Below the pieces are notes generated by a model, which was given only the letters and a program-made list of their open reading frames with translations, made no database searches and was not told where the DNA came from. A stretch of 64,000 nt of DNA from positions 4,032,001 through 4,096,000 of the forward strand of contig OY762721.1 in assembly GCA_963666345.1 (NCBI GenBank), read 5' to 3'. The position numbers were made by a program, and so were the translations under genes. Below are positions 53,633 through 63,546 of this stretch, piece after piece (the stretch's first letter is position 1; every line of letters begins with the position of its first letter). The DNA is from Desulfatiglandales bacterium (GTDB lineage: Bacteria > Desulfobacterota > DSM-4660 > Desulfatiglandales > Desulfatiglandaceae).

Positions 53633-53965
53633 TTATGGTTTTGGAGCGCAACTCCAGCTGAGGAGCGCTATTTGTTCGCCGATGTTTATAATTTTATGCG
53701 GTACGGTTTCGCTGACCAGAAGTGCGTCTCCTTCTTCAAGTTCAACAAACAGTCCGTTTTCATTTGTCATCACAACCCTGCCTCTGACAACGAAAAAGAC
53801 CTCATGAGCTTCTGAATGGCCTGGATCCACCGCCCCTTCTTCTCCGGGAAAGAGTCGGGATGTGCCAAAGGTGATCTTTTCCGTGGCAAAGTACTCTCTG
53901 CACATCTCTTTACCTTCAAAAAAAATCCTGGCGTCCTTTTTCTTGATGACCTTGAATCCGCTCAT
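53633..53965 (-). CDS. Cupin domain protein
   Basis: GHSEAHEVFFV..G and VPH cupin motifs. Confidence 0.85.
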   Translation of the reverse strand: MSGFKVIKKKDARIFFEGKEMCREYFATEKITFGTSRLFPGEEGAVDPGHSEAHEVFFVVRGRVVMTNENGLFVELEEGDALLVSETVPHKIINIGEQIALLSWSCAPKP

Positions 53966-54068
53966 CCTGTTTATACCTCCTTGTTTTATGGTACATAATA
54001 TTCGGTTTCTGAATGGGCATTATGAGATTTAATGATGTCGGCACCTTTTCAATAAAAGGAAATCAGGC

Positions 54069-54087
54069 AAACATCATATGTTTAAAT
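54069..54087. promoter_or_regulatory. Candidate GntR(HutC) operator, copy 1
   Basis: AAACATCATATGTTTAAAT; palindromic core, 15 of 19 positions identical to 54285-54303. Confidence 0.55.
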
Positions 54088-54277
54088 GTATGATTAACAT
54101 AGGAAGTTGGTCAAGAAATTTTTGAATATGCAATGGAATTGATTGGAAAAACAAATAAACTGCAGAATAAAGCCTCCGGTTTGCATGTCAAATTCAAACG
54201 GTATGCATAGCAGTATGAATTGTTGCAGGTCACTTGGGGGTAACTTTTTTTCTTGACATGGCCCCTGAATATAAACG

Positions 54278-54306
54278 AATATCTAAACATTAGACGTTTA
54301 GATATT
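54278..54306. promoter_or_regulatory. Candidate GntR(HutC) operator, copy 2
   Basis: AATATCTAAAC-N7-GTTTAGATATT perfect inverted repeat, downstream of TTGACA at 54253. Confidence 0.6.
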
Positions 54307-54561
54307 AGCCTTGCTCAGAGGTTGCGAATGTCCTTTTTCCAGGTTACCGCTTAATCTGACTTTGTGAGATTCTCCGCATGATTTCCGTTTTTCAAAAGCT
54401 CCTATTTAATAGACTGGTTTTCACAAACAAAAGGCACCTGCTCAACCCTTTTATGAGGACTGGTGTAGTATTGGCGGAGAGGGTCAAGTATCTTGACAAA
54501 TCAAAGACGGAATAAAACTTTTGACTAATATATTTAACCTTTTGTTTAAGGAGGTAATTGG

Positions 54562-55221
54562 ATGATAAAGCATGAGCTGAAAGAAGAGGTCGCCAGGGCC
54601 ACCTGGTTATTCTGGGAAAAGGATCTTTCCCCTGGACAGGATTCCGGTGATACGAGTTTGAGAGATCCCCAGACCGGCCTTATATATATCTGCCCGAGAC
54701 CGAAGCCCGGCATACTGCATATCCCCAACTGGGGAGTGATAAAAGATGAACATATCGTGGCAATCAACCAGCAGGGGGAGGTTGTGGATGATTCAGGACT
54801 TGAGCCGACGGTTGAAGCCCCCATGCATCTTGCAATATACGAAGCAAGGCCTGAGGTAAACGCCATCGTTCATTCACACGCTGTATGGTCTTCCGCATAT
54901 GCGGTAACAGGGAAAAATATACCCCTTATCCTTGCCGAGCAATCACTGCGGCTGGGCGGAGAAGTCAGGTGTGCGGAATATGGGAAGGTGGGATCCGACG
55001 ATATCGCAAGAAACATCGTGAGAGCCCTTGAGGGGAACAAGAATGCAGCCCTGATGATGAACCATGGGGCCGTATGTCTGGGCAGAAACTTTGAAGAGGC
55101 CTTTATCGTTTCGGATTTTCTGGAAAAAGGGGCCAAAACCGCACTTTTGGGCACTGTTCTGGGAGAACTTATAACCCGAAGACCTGATGAAATTCTTGAT
55201 GATAGGCTGTTAAAAAAATAA
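54562..55221 (+). CDS. Class II aldolase/adducin family protein
   Basis: GDTS, PTVEAPMH, AIVHSH, MNHG (zinc-binding His residues). Confidence 0.9.
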   Translation: MIKHELKEEVARATWLFWEKDLSPGQDSGDTSLRDPQTGLIYICPRPKPGILHIPNWGVIKDEHIVAINQQGEVVDDSGLEPTVEAPMHLAIYEARPEVNAIVHSHAVWSSAYAVTGKNIPLILAEQSLRLGGEVRCAEYGKVGSDDIARNIVRALEGNKNAALMMNHGAVCLGRNFEEAFIVSDFLEKGAKTALLGTVLGELITRRPDEILDDRLLKK

Positions 55222-55338
55222 AAATCAGGATACAGCGGCATGTGAAAGGAGGTGAAGGGGCGTTTTTTTGAAGACTGGTCATTAAGCATGAAGGTGAGAG
55301 GGTCTCTCGCCACACAACTAACCTGAAGGAGGAACACC

Positions 55339-56787
55339 ATGAAAGGCAGATCTATTTCTTTTGCAGTTGTTTCCGTTATGGTTATGGCGCTGGTTTCAAT
55401 CGGCTTTGGCTCCAGTGCTGATGCGGCAAAAAAACCTTGGGAAAAGATAAATTGGGACAAACCCGCTCCGGCCGCTGAAAGGCTTTCAGCCGATGAGTAT
55501 GTCCTGCCTGAAGGATGGCAGGAGGCTACCAAGGGGGTAAAGAAGATTCTCCATTTTAATGCCGGCGGTATGAAGCATGATCCCGGTACACTGGCCAATT
55601 TTGAGCTTTTCGAAAAACTGACAGGCATAAAGGTCGAATATGTAGAGGTATCAGACCAGGTGCTGCTTCAGAAGACCATCAGTGCGCTGGTAAGCCGTGA
55701 CCCGAATGTCACAAGCATGTGTGTGTCAGAACCTGCCTTTACGCTTCAGCATCTTATTGCCGCAGGCTGGCTGGAAAAATGGGACAGCGTCTGGAGTAAA
55801 GGGGTGAGGGCTTCCTATCCTGCGGGTCTGGTCGATCTCATGAAAGGTCCCGACGGACATTACTACGGCACCGTGGACACCTATAAGTCGGGCGTGTCCT
55901 ACCTGAGACCTTCCTGGTTAAAGGCTGCAGGCGTGGAAGGAATTCCTGAGACCTGGGATGGATATATCGCTGCGGCAAAGAAATGCAGAGAGTGGGCCAA
56001 AAAAAACCTGGACCAGACTTATTACGGATTCGGTTTCGGCGCGGATCATTATTTCCTTCAGAAGCTCCAGGGGATGACCTATTCACAGGGCGGCAGATTG
56101 ATAAAGGACGGCAAGATCAAGCTTCTGACCCCCGAGTTCAAGAATACATGGAGGACCTATGTAAACTTTGTACTGGAGGAGACATCGCCCAAGGCGGTAC
56201 TTGGATGGACATGGAACGACTATCAGCAGGCCTTTGCCATGGGTAAGATGGCCATAATCACCGAGGCCTTGAATACTAACATGGTGCGTTTTTCAAATCC
56301 TGAAAAATCCCCCGGTCTGACAAAGTTGGCGACCGGCGGCAAGGCTGCGGCCCCGGGTGACTGGACCGCTATGCCGTCACCCAAATGGAACAAGGATATG
56401 CCCGATAAGTATACCGGAGCGGCTCCTGCCAATTTCTCAACCTTTATCATAAACAGATTCGCTCCTGACAATGCCAAGGCGGCTGCCATGCTCCTGGGTG
56501 AAGTAAGGATGAGCAAGCAGGGCGGAAAAAACGAGCTCCTTATCGAAGGTAATTCACCTTTCAATCCCGCCGTATGGAATGATAAGACCGTTATGGCAAA
56601 GGTCGCACATATAGATGTGAGAAAGACCGCAAACAAGAATGCCGTGATGGAGGTCTTTCCTCCAGGTGGTGAAAAGGCGATGGATATTCTGCTTGAGTAC
56701 TACGGCAAGGCCGCAACAGGCAAGATGGATGCCATGAAAGCACTGGAAGCCGCTCAGAAAGAGATTGACGCCTTTCAGTCATATTAA
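55339..56787 (+). CDS. Carbohydrate-type ABC transporter substrate-binding protein
   Basis: Sec signal peptide, FEKLTGIKVE, PETWD, FAMGKMA; precedes CUT1-type permeases. Confidence 0.85.
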   Translation: MKGRSISFAVVSVMVMALVSIGFGSSADAAKKPWEKINWDKPAPAAERLSADEYVLPEGWQEATKGVKKILHFNAGGMKHDPGTLANFELFEKLTGIKVEYVEVSDQVLLQKTISALVSRDPNVTSMCVSEPAFTLQHLIAAGWLEKWDSVWSKGVRASYPAGLVDLMKGPDGHYYGTVDTYKSGVSYLRPSWLKAAGVEGIPETWDGYIAAAKKCREWAKKNLDQTYYGFGFGADHYFLQKLQGMTYSQGGRLIKDGKIKLLTPEFKNTWRTYVNFVLEETSPKAVLGWTWNDYQQAFAMGKMAIITEALNTNMVRFSNPEKSPGLTKLATGGKAAAPGDWTAMPSPKWNKDMPDKYTGAAPANFSTFIINRFAPDNAKAAAMLLGEVRMSKQGGKNELLIEGNSPFNPAVWNDKTVMAKVAHIDVRKTANKNAVMEVFPPGGEKAMDILLEYYGKAATGKMDAMKALEAAQKEIDAFQSY

Positions 56788-56797
56788 CAGATTATAA

Positions 56798-56827
56798 ATC
56801 GGCCGGGGCCTTCAGTCTCCGGCCGGT
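56798..56827 (+). terminator. GC-rich hairpin after the SBP gene
   Basis: CGGCCGG.../...CCGGCCG stem. Confidence 0.55.
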
Positions 56828-57045
56828 CTTAAAACAGAAACCTATCTGGCGCTTATTCGGAAATGCCAAGTTCCGGATTCCTGTCATCGGTAAATCGGGC
56901 CTCGGCTGTCAGCAAAAACGAAGATAAAAAAAGCATTAAACTGGATGTTGACGGCTGAGTGCTCCATCCGGAAATCTCCGAATACCGGATGGAAATAATT
57001 AATGGTTTCCGGTTCAAACATTCCTACCCGGTAAGAGGCTTATTC

Positions 57046-57918
57046 ATGAGGGTATCAAACAGCAAGTTCGGTATGATGTTATCTTTGCCCGGAGCATTTG
57101 TGCTTTTTTTGTGGGTCGTAGTTCCGCTGGGCATACTTGTGGTAACAAGCTTTCTGCGCTATGATAATATACATCCTGTTGTTTTTGGGGGGCTTAAGAA
57201 TTATGAATATGTGTTCAATCATAGGATATTCTGGCTCAGTTTTAAAAACACGGTCATCTTCTGCGCCGGCGTCACCTCATTATCTTTGGTGGTGAGCCTT
57301 GTGCTTGCCCACTCGCTTTCCCGTATAAACAGATTCGCCAGCATTTTCAGGTCTCTGTCAATGTTTCCCTGGGCCGTGCCGATGGTGGTTTCCGGCTTCA
57401 TGTGGGCCCAGATGTTCAATCCTTCCTTCGGCGTGATAAATGATTTCCTTCTTCGAACAGGAATTATTTCCAAACCGATGGATATATTCGGAAATCCAGC
57501 CCTTGCGATGATCGGGGTCATTTTCGCTGACGCCTGGACCCGAATTCCATTTATGACCATAATAATACTTGCAGGGCTTGAAAGCATCGACCCGAGCCTT
57601 TATGAGGCGGCACGTGTAGACGGAGCCGACTCCATACAGATTTTCAGGCGCATATCCCTTCCTCTCAATAAAAAGGCGATCATGACAGGGGTCATAATAA
57701 CGACAATATTTTCGTTTAGAACCATTGATACGATATTTTCAATGACATTCGGCGGTCCTGCAAAGGGGACCTATACGTTCGGATTCTATATCCTTGACAA
57801 CATATATCGTTTCTTTAATTTCGGCGTGGCAGGAGCGATGAGTATTATTCTTCTTATACTGCTGCTTATAATCGGCAGTGTGTTCATATATCAAACACTT
57901 CGCATAGAAGAACGATAA
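57046..57918 (+). CDS. Carbohydrate ABC permease (MalF-like)
   Basis: GLKNY, PWAVP, LYEAARVDGA (EAA loop). Confidence 0.9.
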   Translation: MRVSNSKFGMMLSLPGAFVLFLWVVVPLGILVVTSFLRYDNIHPVVFGGLKNYEYVFNHRIFWLSFKNTVIFCAGVTSLSLVVSLVLAHSLSRINRFASIFRSLSMFPWAVPMVVSGFMWAQMFNPSFGVINDFLLRTGIISKPMDIFGNPALAMIGVIFADAWTRIPFMTIIILAGLESIDPSLYEAARVDGADSIQIFRRISLPLNKKAIMTGVIITTIFSFRTIDTIFSMTFGGPAKGTYTFGFYILDNIYRFFNFGVAGAMSIILLILLLIIGSVFIYQTLRIEER

Positions 57919-57931
57919 CGGGGTTTTAAAA

Positions 57932-58774
57932 GTGAGACAGTTTATATGCAGAATAATTGATCATAAGGCTACGCCATATGTGGTGCTGAGCGTACTTCTT
58001 TTCATCATCCTGATTCCGATAGGCTGGACTCTGTTGACATCCCTTAAGAGCCTGAAGGAGGCCTTTCAGACCCCGCCCACATATTTCCCCGACAAATTGA
58101 CCCTTGAGGCTTACAGAAAGGTGCTGACGGAGACTCCGGTTCCCAGGTATGTGCTTAATTCACTCATATATGCACTGGCAACCGCGGCTTTTGTTCTGTC
58201 GGCAGGGACATTTGCGGCCTACGGACTCAGTAAATACCCTTACAGGGGAAGCAATACCATCCTGATATCCTTTCTCGTAACCAGGATACTTCCTCCTCTG
58301 AGTCTTCTGCTGCCCTTCTACATGATCTTCAGATATTTTGGGATGATCGACACAAAGATAAGCGTCATTGTTTTCACAATATATCTGTCATACCCTCTTG
58401 CGGTATGGATATTGAAATCATTCTTCGATACTTATCCAACCGATCTTATGGAAGCCGGCTTGATTGACGGGTGCAGCAGGATAGGCGTGCTGTTCAGGAT
58501 TGTGCTTCCGGGGGTGGCAAGTGGTATTGCGGCCGTTGCGATTATCACCTTCCTGTGGACATGGCAGGAGTTCCTGGCACCCTATCTCTTCCTGAACAGT
58601 GATCTGCATAAGCCTATAACGGTCGGTGTTTATTATTTTGTGGGGGATGAATTGACTTACTGGAACACAATATCCGCCGCGGCGATGCTTGCAAGTGTTC
58701 CCGGCATACTGTTTTTCCTGATCGCGCAGAAATACATCGTAAAAGGCCTTACCTCCGGAGGGGTGAAAGAATAG
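57932..58774 (+). CDS. Carbohydrate ABC permease (MalG-like)
   Basis: TSLK, NS, EAGLIDGCS, QKYIVKGLTSGGVK. Confidence 0.9.
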   Translation: MRQFICRIIDHKATPYVVLSVLLFIILIPIGWTLLTSLKSLKEAFQTPPTYFPDKLTLEAYRKVLTETPVPRYVLNSLIYALATAAFVLSAGTFAAYGLSKYPYRGSNTILISFLVTRILPPLSLLLPFYMIFRYFGMIDTKISVIVFTIYLSYPLAVWILKSFFDTYPTDLMEAGLIDGCSRIGVLFRIVLPGVASGIAAVAIITFLWTWQEFLAPYLFLNSDLHKPITVGVYYFVGDELTYWNTISAAAMLASVPGILFFLIAQKYIVKGLTSGGVKE

Positions 58775-58778
58775 AAAA

Positions 58779-58833
58779 AGGGTTCGGGGAGTCTCTCCGA
58801 ATGAAATAAAATTACACAGGCCCCCTGAACCCT
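58779..58833. terminator. Inverted repeat between convergent operons
   Basis: AGGGTTCGGGG pairs with CCCTGAACCCT (one G-U pair). Confidence 0.55.
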
Positions 58834-58854
58834 CAACTTTATTAAACCTCGCTC

Positions 58855-60105
58855 TTATGTCTTTCCACACCAGTCAAGAATAAATGCCGCATATTCCGCG
58901 GCCGTGACAAGGATATCCGATATCTCCGCATGCTCATTTTTCGAATGAGACTGGTGACTGTTTTTGCCTCCATATATGATACTAGGCATTCCCCCCTGAT
59001 TGAAGTAATACCTCGCATCGCAGGTGGCCATCATTCCGAGCACCTCCGGTTTCCTTCCGAAATTATCCAGGGTTTTCAGAAGGGCGGCGGTGAAGGGATG
59101 TCCCTGAGGCATTTCAAAGGGGTCGTTTTTTATTCCCTCAAATCTGATTTTCACATGGTCCTTTATCCATGGATCATTAATTGAATAAATCACCTCTTTA
59201 AGCTCATTTTCGACCTGGCCCATGGTTCGGTTCGGAAGGAATCCAACTCCTCCTTCCATTGTGACGAGATCCGGGACGATTGAAAAGAAGTCTCCCCCCT
59301 TTATTATCCCCACATTTACCTGGCCCGGATATTCGAAGCCGTCAAAAAGAGGGTATCCTTTTCCTTCTTCAATAAGACGATCTTCATAATTGACAAGGGC
59401 CTCGACTATCTTGGATGCCTTCTCAACGGCATTCACGCCGTAGCGCTTGTTTCCCAGGTGGGCCTGCTTGCCTTCGACTTCAATGATGAATTGAAGTGCC
59501 CCTCTGTTGGCTATATATACATTATGATCAGTGGGTTCGAGGACCAAAACGGCATCAGCACGAAAGCCTTCCCTCACAAAGGCCAGGGCTCCCGCCATAC
59601 CGACTTCCTCTTCGTTAGTCAGATGAACTTCGATATCGCCTTTAAGTGATATACCCATATCCTCAAGTGCTTTTAAGGCCAGGAACATGGATGTTATTGC
59701 CGCCTTGTCGTCAACGGATCCGCGCCCATAGAGCCGATCTCCTTCTATCCTCGGGGTAAAGGCATCCTGCCAGTCGCCCGGACCGACCACATCTGCGTGA
59801 GCACAGGTTATAAGGCTTTTCCCCCCCCCCTGACCCCTGAGGAAATATCTGGTTTGAGGACGACCTTCAAACGGGACCGAGATGCCGGATGCAAATTCGG
59901 GATCGGTTCTGAGCTCATCCCGCATCGGGATGAGGGATGCCTCGCCTTTAAGAGATGAAAAGATTTCATGAAGCTTTTTCTGAATTTCTCCCTCCTGGCC
60001 GGATACGCTCGGGATCGATACAAGGGTCGAAAGCAGTTGAGCCGCCTCACCGCTCTTATTTTCAATGAGAGTCCTGATGTGTTTTATAGTTGTTTCATTC
60101 GGCAT
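58855..60105 (-). CDS. M20 family ArgE/DapE-like deacylase
   Basis: HADVV, GRGSVDDK, EEE, EP and C-terminal H; AGGAGG RBS before MPNETT. Confidence 0.9.
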   Translation of the reverse strand: MPNETTIKHIRTLIENKSGEAAQLLSTLVSIPSVSGQEGEIQKKLHEIFSSLKGEASLIPMRDELRTDPEFASGISVPFEGRPQTRYFLRGQGGGKSLITCAHADVVGPGDWQDAFTPRIEGDRLYGRGSVDDKAAITSMFLALKALEDMGISLKGDIEVHLTNEEEVGMAGALAFVREGFRADAVLVLEPTDHNVYIANRGALQFIIEVEGKQAHLGNKRYGVNAVEKASKIVEALVNYEDRLIEEGKGYPLFDGFEYPGQVNVGIIKGGDFFSIVPDLVTMEGGVGFLPNRTMGQVENELKEVIYSINDPWIKDHVKIRFEGIKNDPFEMPQGHPFTAALLKTLDNFGRKPEVLGMMATCDARYYFNQGGMPSIIYGGKNSHQSHSKNEHAEISDILVTAAEYAAFILDWCGKT

Positions 60106-60288
60106 TGGTTGATTCCTCCTGGTGGTTGGATACCACAAAAATTGGATCAATAAAAGATTCGAGTCGAAAAGATGAAGTTAAGCCTAGGTGTCATGCCCAG
60201 CATGACCGCTTGCCGGGCTCCGGAACATGATCACTCTGCAAAAGGCCGGAGTCAATCAACCGGATACCTGGTAAATTTTAAATGGATA

Positions 60289-61107
60289 TCAGAGAAGGGG
60301 ACGCAGCGCCTTTGAGGTCATTTCGATGGCACTGTACTGGTCGGGCTCCTGAAAAACCTCGGCAGAAACATACCCGTCATAGCCGGTATCTTTGATGAGA
60401 TCCATTATCATGGGGAAATCGAATACTCCCATGCCGGGCGGGCATCTGTTGGAATCACAGAGATGTATGTGTTCCAGATAGGGTGAGGCCTTTGAAAAGC
60501 CCTCTTCCATGGATTCGTCCTCAAGATTCATATGGAACAGGTCGGTCATCAATCTGAAGTTTTCACTGCCCACCCTTTTGACGACGTCGACTCCTTCTTG
60601 AGTTGAAGTTATGCAGTTGGTGTAGACATGGGTGGCCGGTTCAAGCACAAGGATAACATCCTTTTCCTCGGCAAATTCGGATATCCTTGCAAAGGCGCTG
60701 TACATCCATTCTTCCGAAATTTCTTTAGGAATATGGCTGTAATATTTCCCTCTCAGCCTGCCTATATTAACCTTCGCTCCAAAAACAGCTGCAAGTCGGA
60801 TGACTGCTCTTGTCCTGCTAAGTGCCTCTAAGCGTATATCCTCGACCGGGTCCATGAAGGAGATACGATCGCGACCATATATTTCCCCGGTACATATAAC
60901 GGGAATCTCTATGCCGAAGGAGCGGGACAGTCTTTCTATTTCATCGAGATTCAGTTCTGAAGGATCCCTAACCATCATCTCCATGCCGTCGAAATCATGT
61001 TTTTTCAACAGTGAAAATGACTCCGAGAAATTACCCTGAAATACCATCCCACCTTCAGGAACCTTCAGATCGGGAGTAGCGACCACATAAGCTAATTTAA
61101 GCGGCAT
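60289..61107 (-). CDS. Sugar phosphate isomerase/epimerase (TIM barrel, ketose 3-epimerase-like)
   Basis: LEP, DLFHMNLE, HIHLCDSNR..PG.G and SAE metal motifs. Confidence 0.88.
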   Translation of the reverse strand: MPLKLAYVVATPDLKVPEGGMVFQGNFSESFSLLKKHDFDGMEMMVRDPSELNLDEIERLSRSFGIEIPVICTGEIYGRDRISFMDPVEDIRLEALSRTRAVIRLAAVFGAKVNIGRLRGKYYSHIPKEISEEWMYSAFARISEFAEEKDVILVLEPATHVYTNCITSTQEGVDVVKRVGSENFRLMTDLFHMNLEDESMEEGFSKASPYLEHIHLCDSNRCPPGMGVFDFPMIMDLIKDTGYDGYVSAEVFQEPDQYSAIEMTSKALRPLL

Positions 61108-61132
61108 TAATATGTCTCCTAGGGCACAGTAC

Positions 61133-62230
61133 TCAGTAGATTTTTTCCGTTTCTTTGTCGAACAGGTGAATCTTGTTAGTATTTACAAGGAATGTAATAT
61201 CGTGGTGTACCCTTGCCTTTGTTAGGGGATCGACCGAGGCAACGACAGAGCTTTTCCCGCATATCGAACGGAGAACGACCTGAGAACCCATCGGTTCGTA
61301 TACCTCTATTTTTGCACGCATTTCTTCTGCTCCTGGAAAAGGCTCTTTCAACTCCCCGTCAAAGATATGCTCGGGCCGGATGCCGAGGATGACTTCCCTT
61401 CCCAGTGCCTTCATATACCTGGCCCGAAGCTCTTGAGGCACGGTAAACCTGAATCCGACACCGGTAACGTAAAGGATATCGTTTTCCTTCTCGACCCCGG
61501 CATCAAGAAAATTCATTGCAGGACTTCCGATGAATCCTGCAACAAAAAGGTTGTCAGGATTGTTGTAGACTTCAAGCGGAGGGCCTTCCTGCATGATTTC
61601 ACCCTGATCCATTATCACGATTCTATCGGCAAGGGTCATTGCCTCAACCTGGTCATGGGTCACATAAACGCTTGTAGTCTGCAGTCGTTCATGCAGTTTT
61701 GCGAGTTCACCTCGCATCTGAACCCTCAATTTTGCGTCCAGGTTGCTCAAAGGTTCGTCAAAGAGGAAGACCTTCGGTTTTCTCACTATGGCCCTTCCGA
61801 TTGCGACTCGCTGGCGCTGGCCTCCGGAAAGCTCCTTGGGTTTTCTTTTCAAAAGTCCGTCAAGTTCCAGTATCCCCGCAGTGTCATCGATGCGGGATTC
61901 TATGTCATCCTTCGGCAACTTCTGCAGGCTCAGCCCGAAACTCATGTTCTTATATACGTTCATATGAGGGTAGAGGGCATAATTTTGAAAAACCATGGCG
62001 ATATCACGATCTCTCGGGCTCATCTGGGTGACGTTTTTGTCTCCGATATAAATATCACCACCCGTGAGCTGTTCAAGTCCCGCGATCATTCTGAGCGTGG
62101 TGGATTTACCGCAGCCTGAAGGCCCTACGAGGGCGATAAATTCCTTGTCTGCTGCGGTAAGCGTGACATTTTTTACGGCCGTTACATCACCGAATTTTTT
62201 TGTTATATTTACAAGCCTTATCTCTGCCAT
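61133..62230 (-). CDS. Carbohydrate ABC ATP-binding protein (MalK/UgpC-like)
   Basis: GPSGCGKST, VFQNYALYPHM, LSGGQRQR, C-terminal TOBE domain. Confidence 0.94.
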   Translation of the reverse strand: MAEIRLVNITKKFGDVTAVKNVTLTAADKEFIALVGPSGCGKSTTLRMIAGLEQLTGGDIYIGDKNVTQMSPRDRDIAMVFQNYALYPHMNVYKNMSFGLSLQKLPKDDIESRIDDTAGILELDGLLKRKPKELSGGQRQRVAIGRAIVRKPKVFLFDEPLSNLDAKLRVQMRGELAKLHERLQTTSVYVTHDQVEAMTLADRIVIMDQGEIMQEGPPLEVYNNPDNLFVAGFIGSPAMNFLDAGVEKENDILYVTGVGFRFTVPQELRARYMKALGREVILGIRPEHIFDGELKEPFPGAEEMRAKIEVYEPMGSQVVLRSICGKSSVVASVDPLTKARVHHDITFLVNTNKIHLFDKETEKIY

Positions 62231-62282
62231 TCCCTAAATCCCCCGTACAAACCTGATAAGTGAAAAGATTTTAGTGGTATTT

Positions 62283-63467
62283 TTAATACCAGCCGAATTC
62301 GTCAACGGCCTCGAAAAAGGCGACTACATTTTCCCATGGCACATCCGGCTGAAGCGCATGGGTAGGTGCTATGAACAGGCCTCCACCTTCACCGAGGACC
62401 TCTATGACTTCTCTTACCTTGTCTCTTACCTCGGAAGTTGTGCCGAACGGCATGGTGGTCTGAATCCCTATGCCGCCCCAAAAAGAAAGATCAGCACCAT
62501 GACGTTTTTTAACGCCCGCGAGATCAACACATTCGGGTTGAACAGGATTCAAGACATCAATGCCCATATCGATAAAATCATCGATAAGGGGTGTTATGCT
62601 GCCGTCGGAATGAAAGAATATGATGACTTCTGGATTGATCTGTTTCGCGGAATCGATGATCCTTGCAAGACGTGGCTTGACCAGATCTCGAAAAGTCGAT
62701 GGAGACATCATGAGAGACTGCTGAGTCCCGAAGTCGTCTCCCAGACGGATAATATCCACCCCTGCTTCAGCATAACGGGCAGCCATACGGCATCTTATCT
62801 CAGTAATCCTTTCAAGTAAATATTCGGCAAATGGTGTGTTGATCAAAAAATCCATAAGAAGGGTATCCATCCCCCTCATCTCCCATGCCAGTTCAAAAAG
62901 GGTTTGCTGGAGAAAGCCTGCCGCGGCAAGGCCGTCCTCATGAATGAGATCGACCATCAGATCCAGATCTTTATGGGCTTCAGGTTCCATCGGGTCGGGA
63001 AATGGAAAGGCCTTTAATTCCTGGACGCTGTTCATGCCTTTGAGTGGGGCCACTCTTTTGGTATAATGATGGGTGGAGCCGGGGACAAAGGCCACTCCCC
63101 ATTCATTTATTTGCGTGCCCTCGGGAAGGGCCCCATGAAATCTTGAAAAATCGGGAGGAGAAGAGGGCGATCGGAAAGAAACGTGGCGGAGCTCCCAACC
63201 GAAATATTCATCGGGCGTAAGAAAGGGGGGCCTGACCTCATGAATGAAACCGGATGGTACTCCAAATGGCCCCAGATGCTCCTCCGGTATTCCCGCCCCC
63301 ACATTGTCGTTAAAGGTCTTCATCATCGGGGGAGTGAAACGGGAACAAGCTGGTACCCTGTCGGGGCCGGTTCGCCTGATGGCCCTTATTACCCTCTCCC
63401 TCGGGGACATCCTCGGTCTTTTCCCCGATTTGTATTCATGGTTCTTTTGTGTTGCTTTTTCCGTCAT
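62283..63467 (-). CDS. Uroporphyrinogen decarboxylase / cobamide methyltransferase (MtaA/CmuA-like) family protein
   Basis: MSPRERV, EWG, MRG, DDFGTQ..LMMSP, FHSDG, NPVQ, GG.F.APTH...PWEN; start uncertain (63467 or 63410). Confidence 0.82.
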   Translation of the reverse strand: MTEKATQKNHEYKSGKRPRMSPRERVIRAIRRTGPDRVPACSRFTPPMMKTFNDNVGAGIPEEHLGPFGVPSGFIHEVRPPFLTPDEYFGWELRHVSFRSPSSPPDFSRFHGALPEGTQINEWGVAFVPGSTHHYTKRVAPLKGMNSVQELKAFPFPDPMEPEAHKDLDLMVDLIHEDGLAAAGFLQQTLFELAWEMRGMDTLLMDFLINTPFAEYLLERITEIRCRMAARYAEAGVDIIRLGDDFGTQQSLMMSPSTFRDLVKPRLARIIDSAKQINPEVIIFFHSDGSITPLIDDFIDMGIDVLNPVQPECVDLAGVKKRHGADLSFWGGIGIQTTMPFGTTSEVRDKVREVIEVLGEGGGLFIAPTHALQPDVPWENVVAFFEAVDEFGWY

Positions 63468-63546
63468 CGTCGGCAATTGTTCCTTATATGTGTCGTCCCT
63501 GTCAGACAAATCATCCATTGTTTTGAAGGCACCTGTTTCATGAGAT

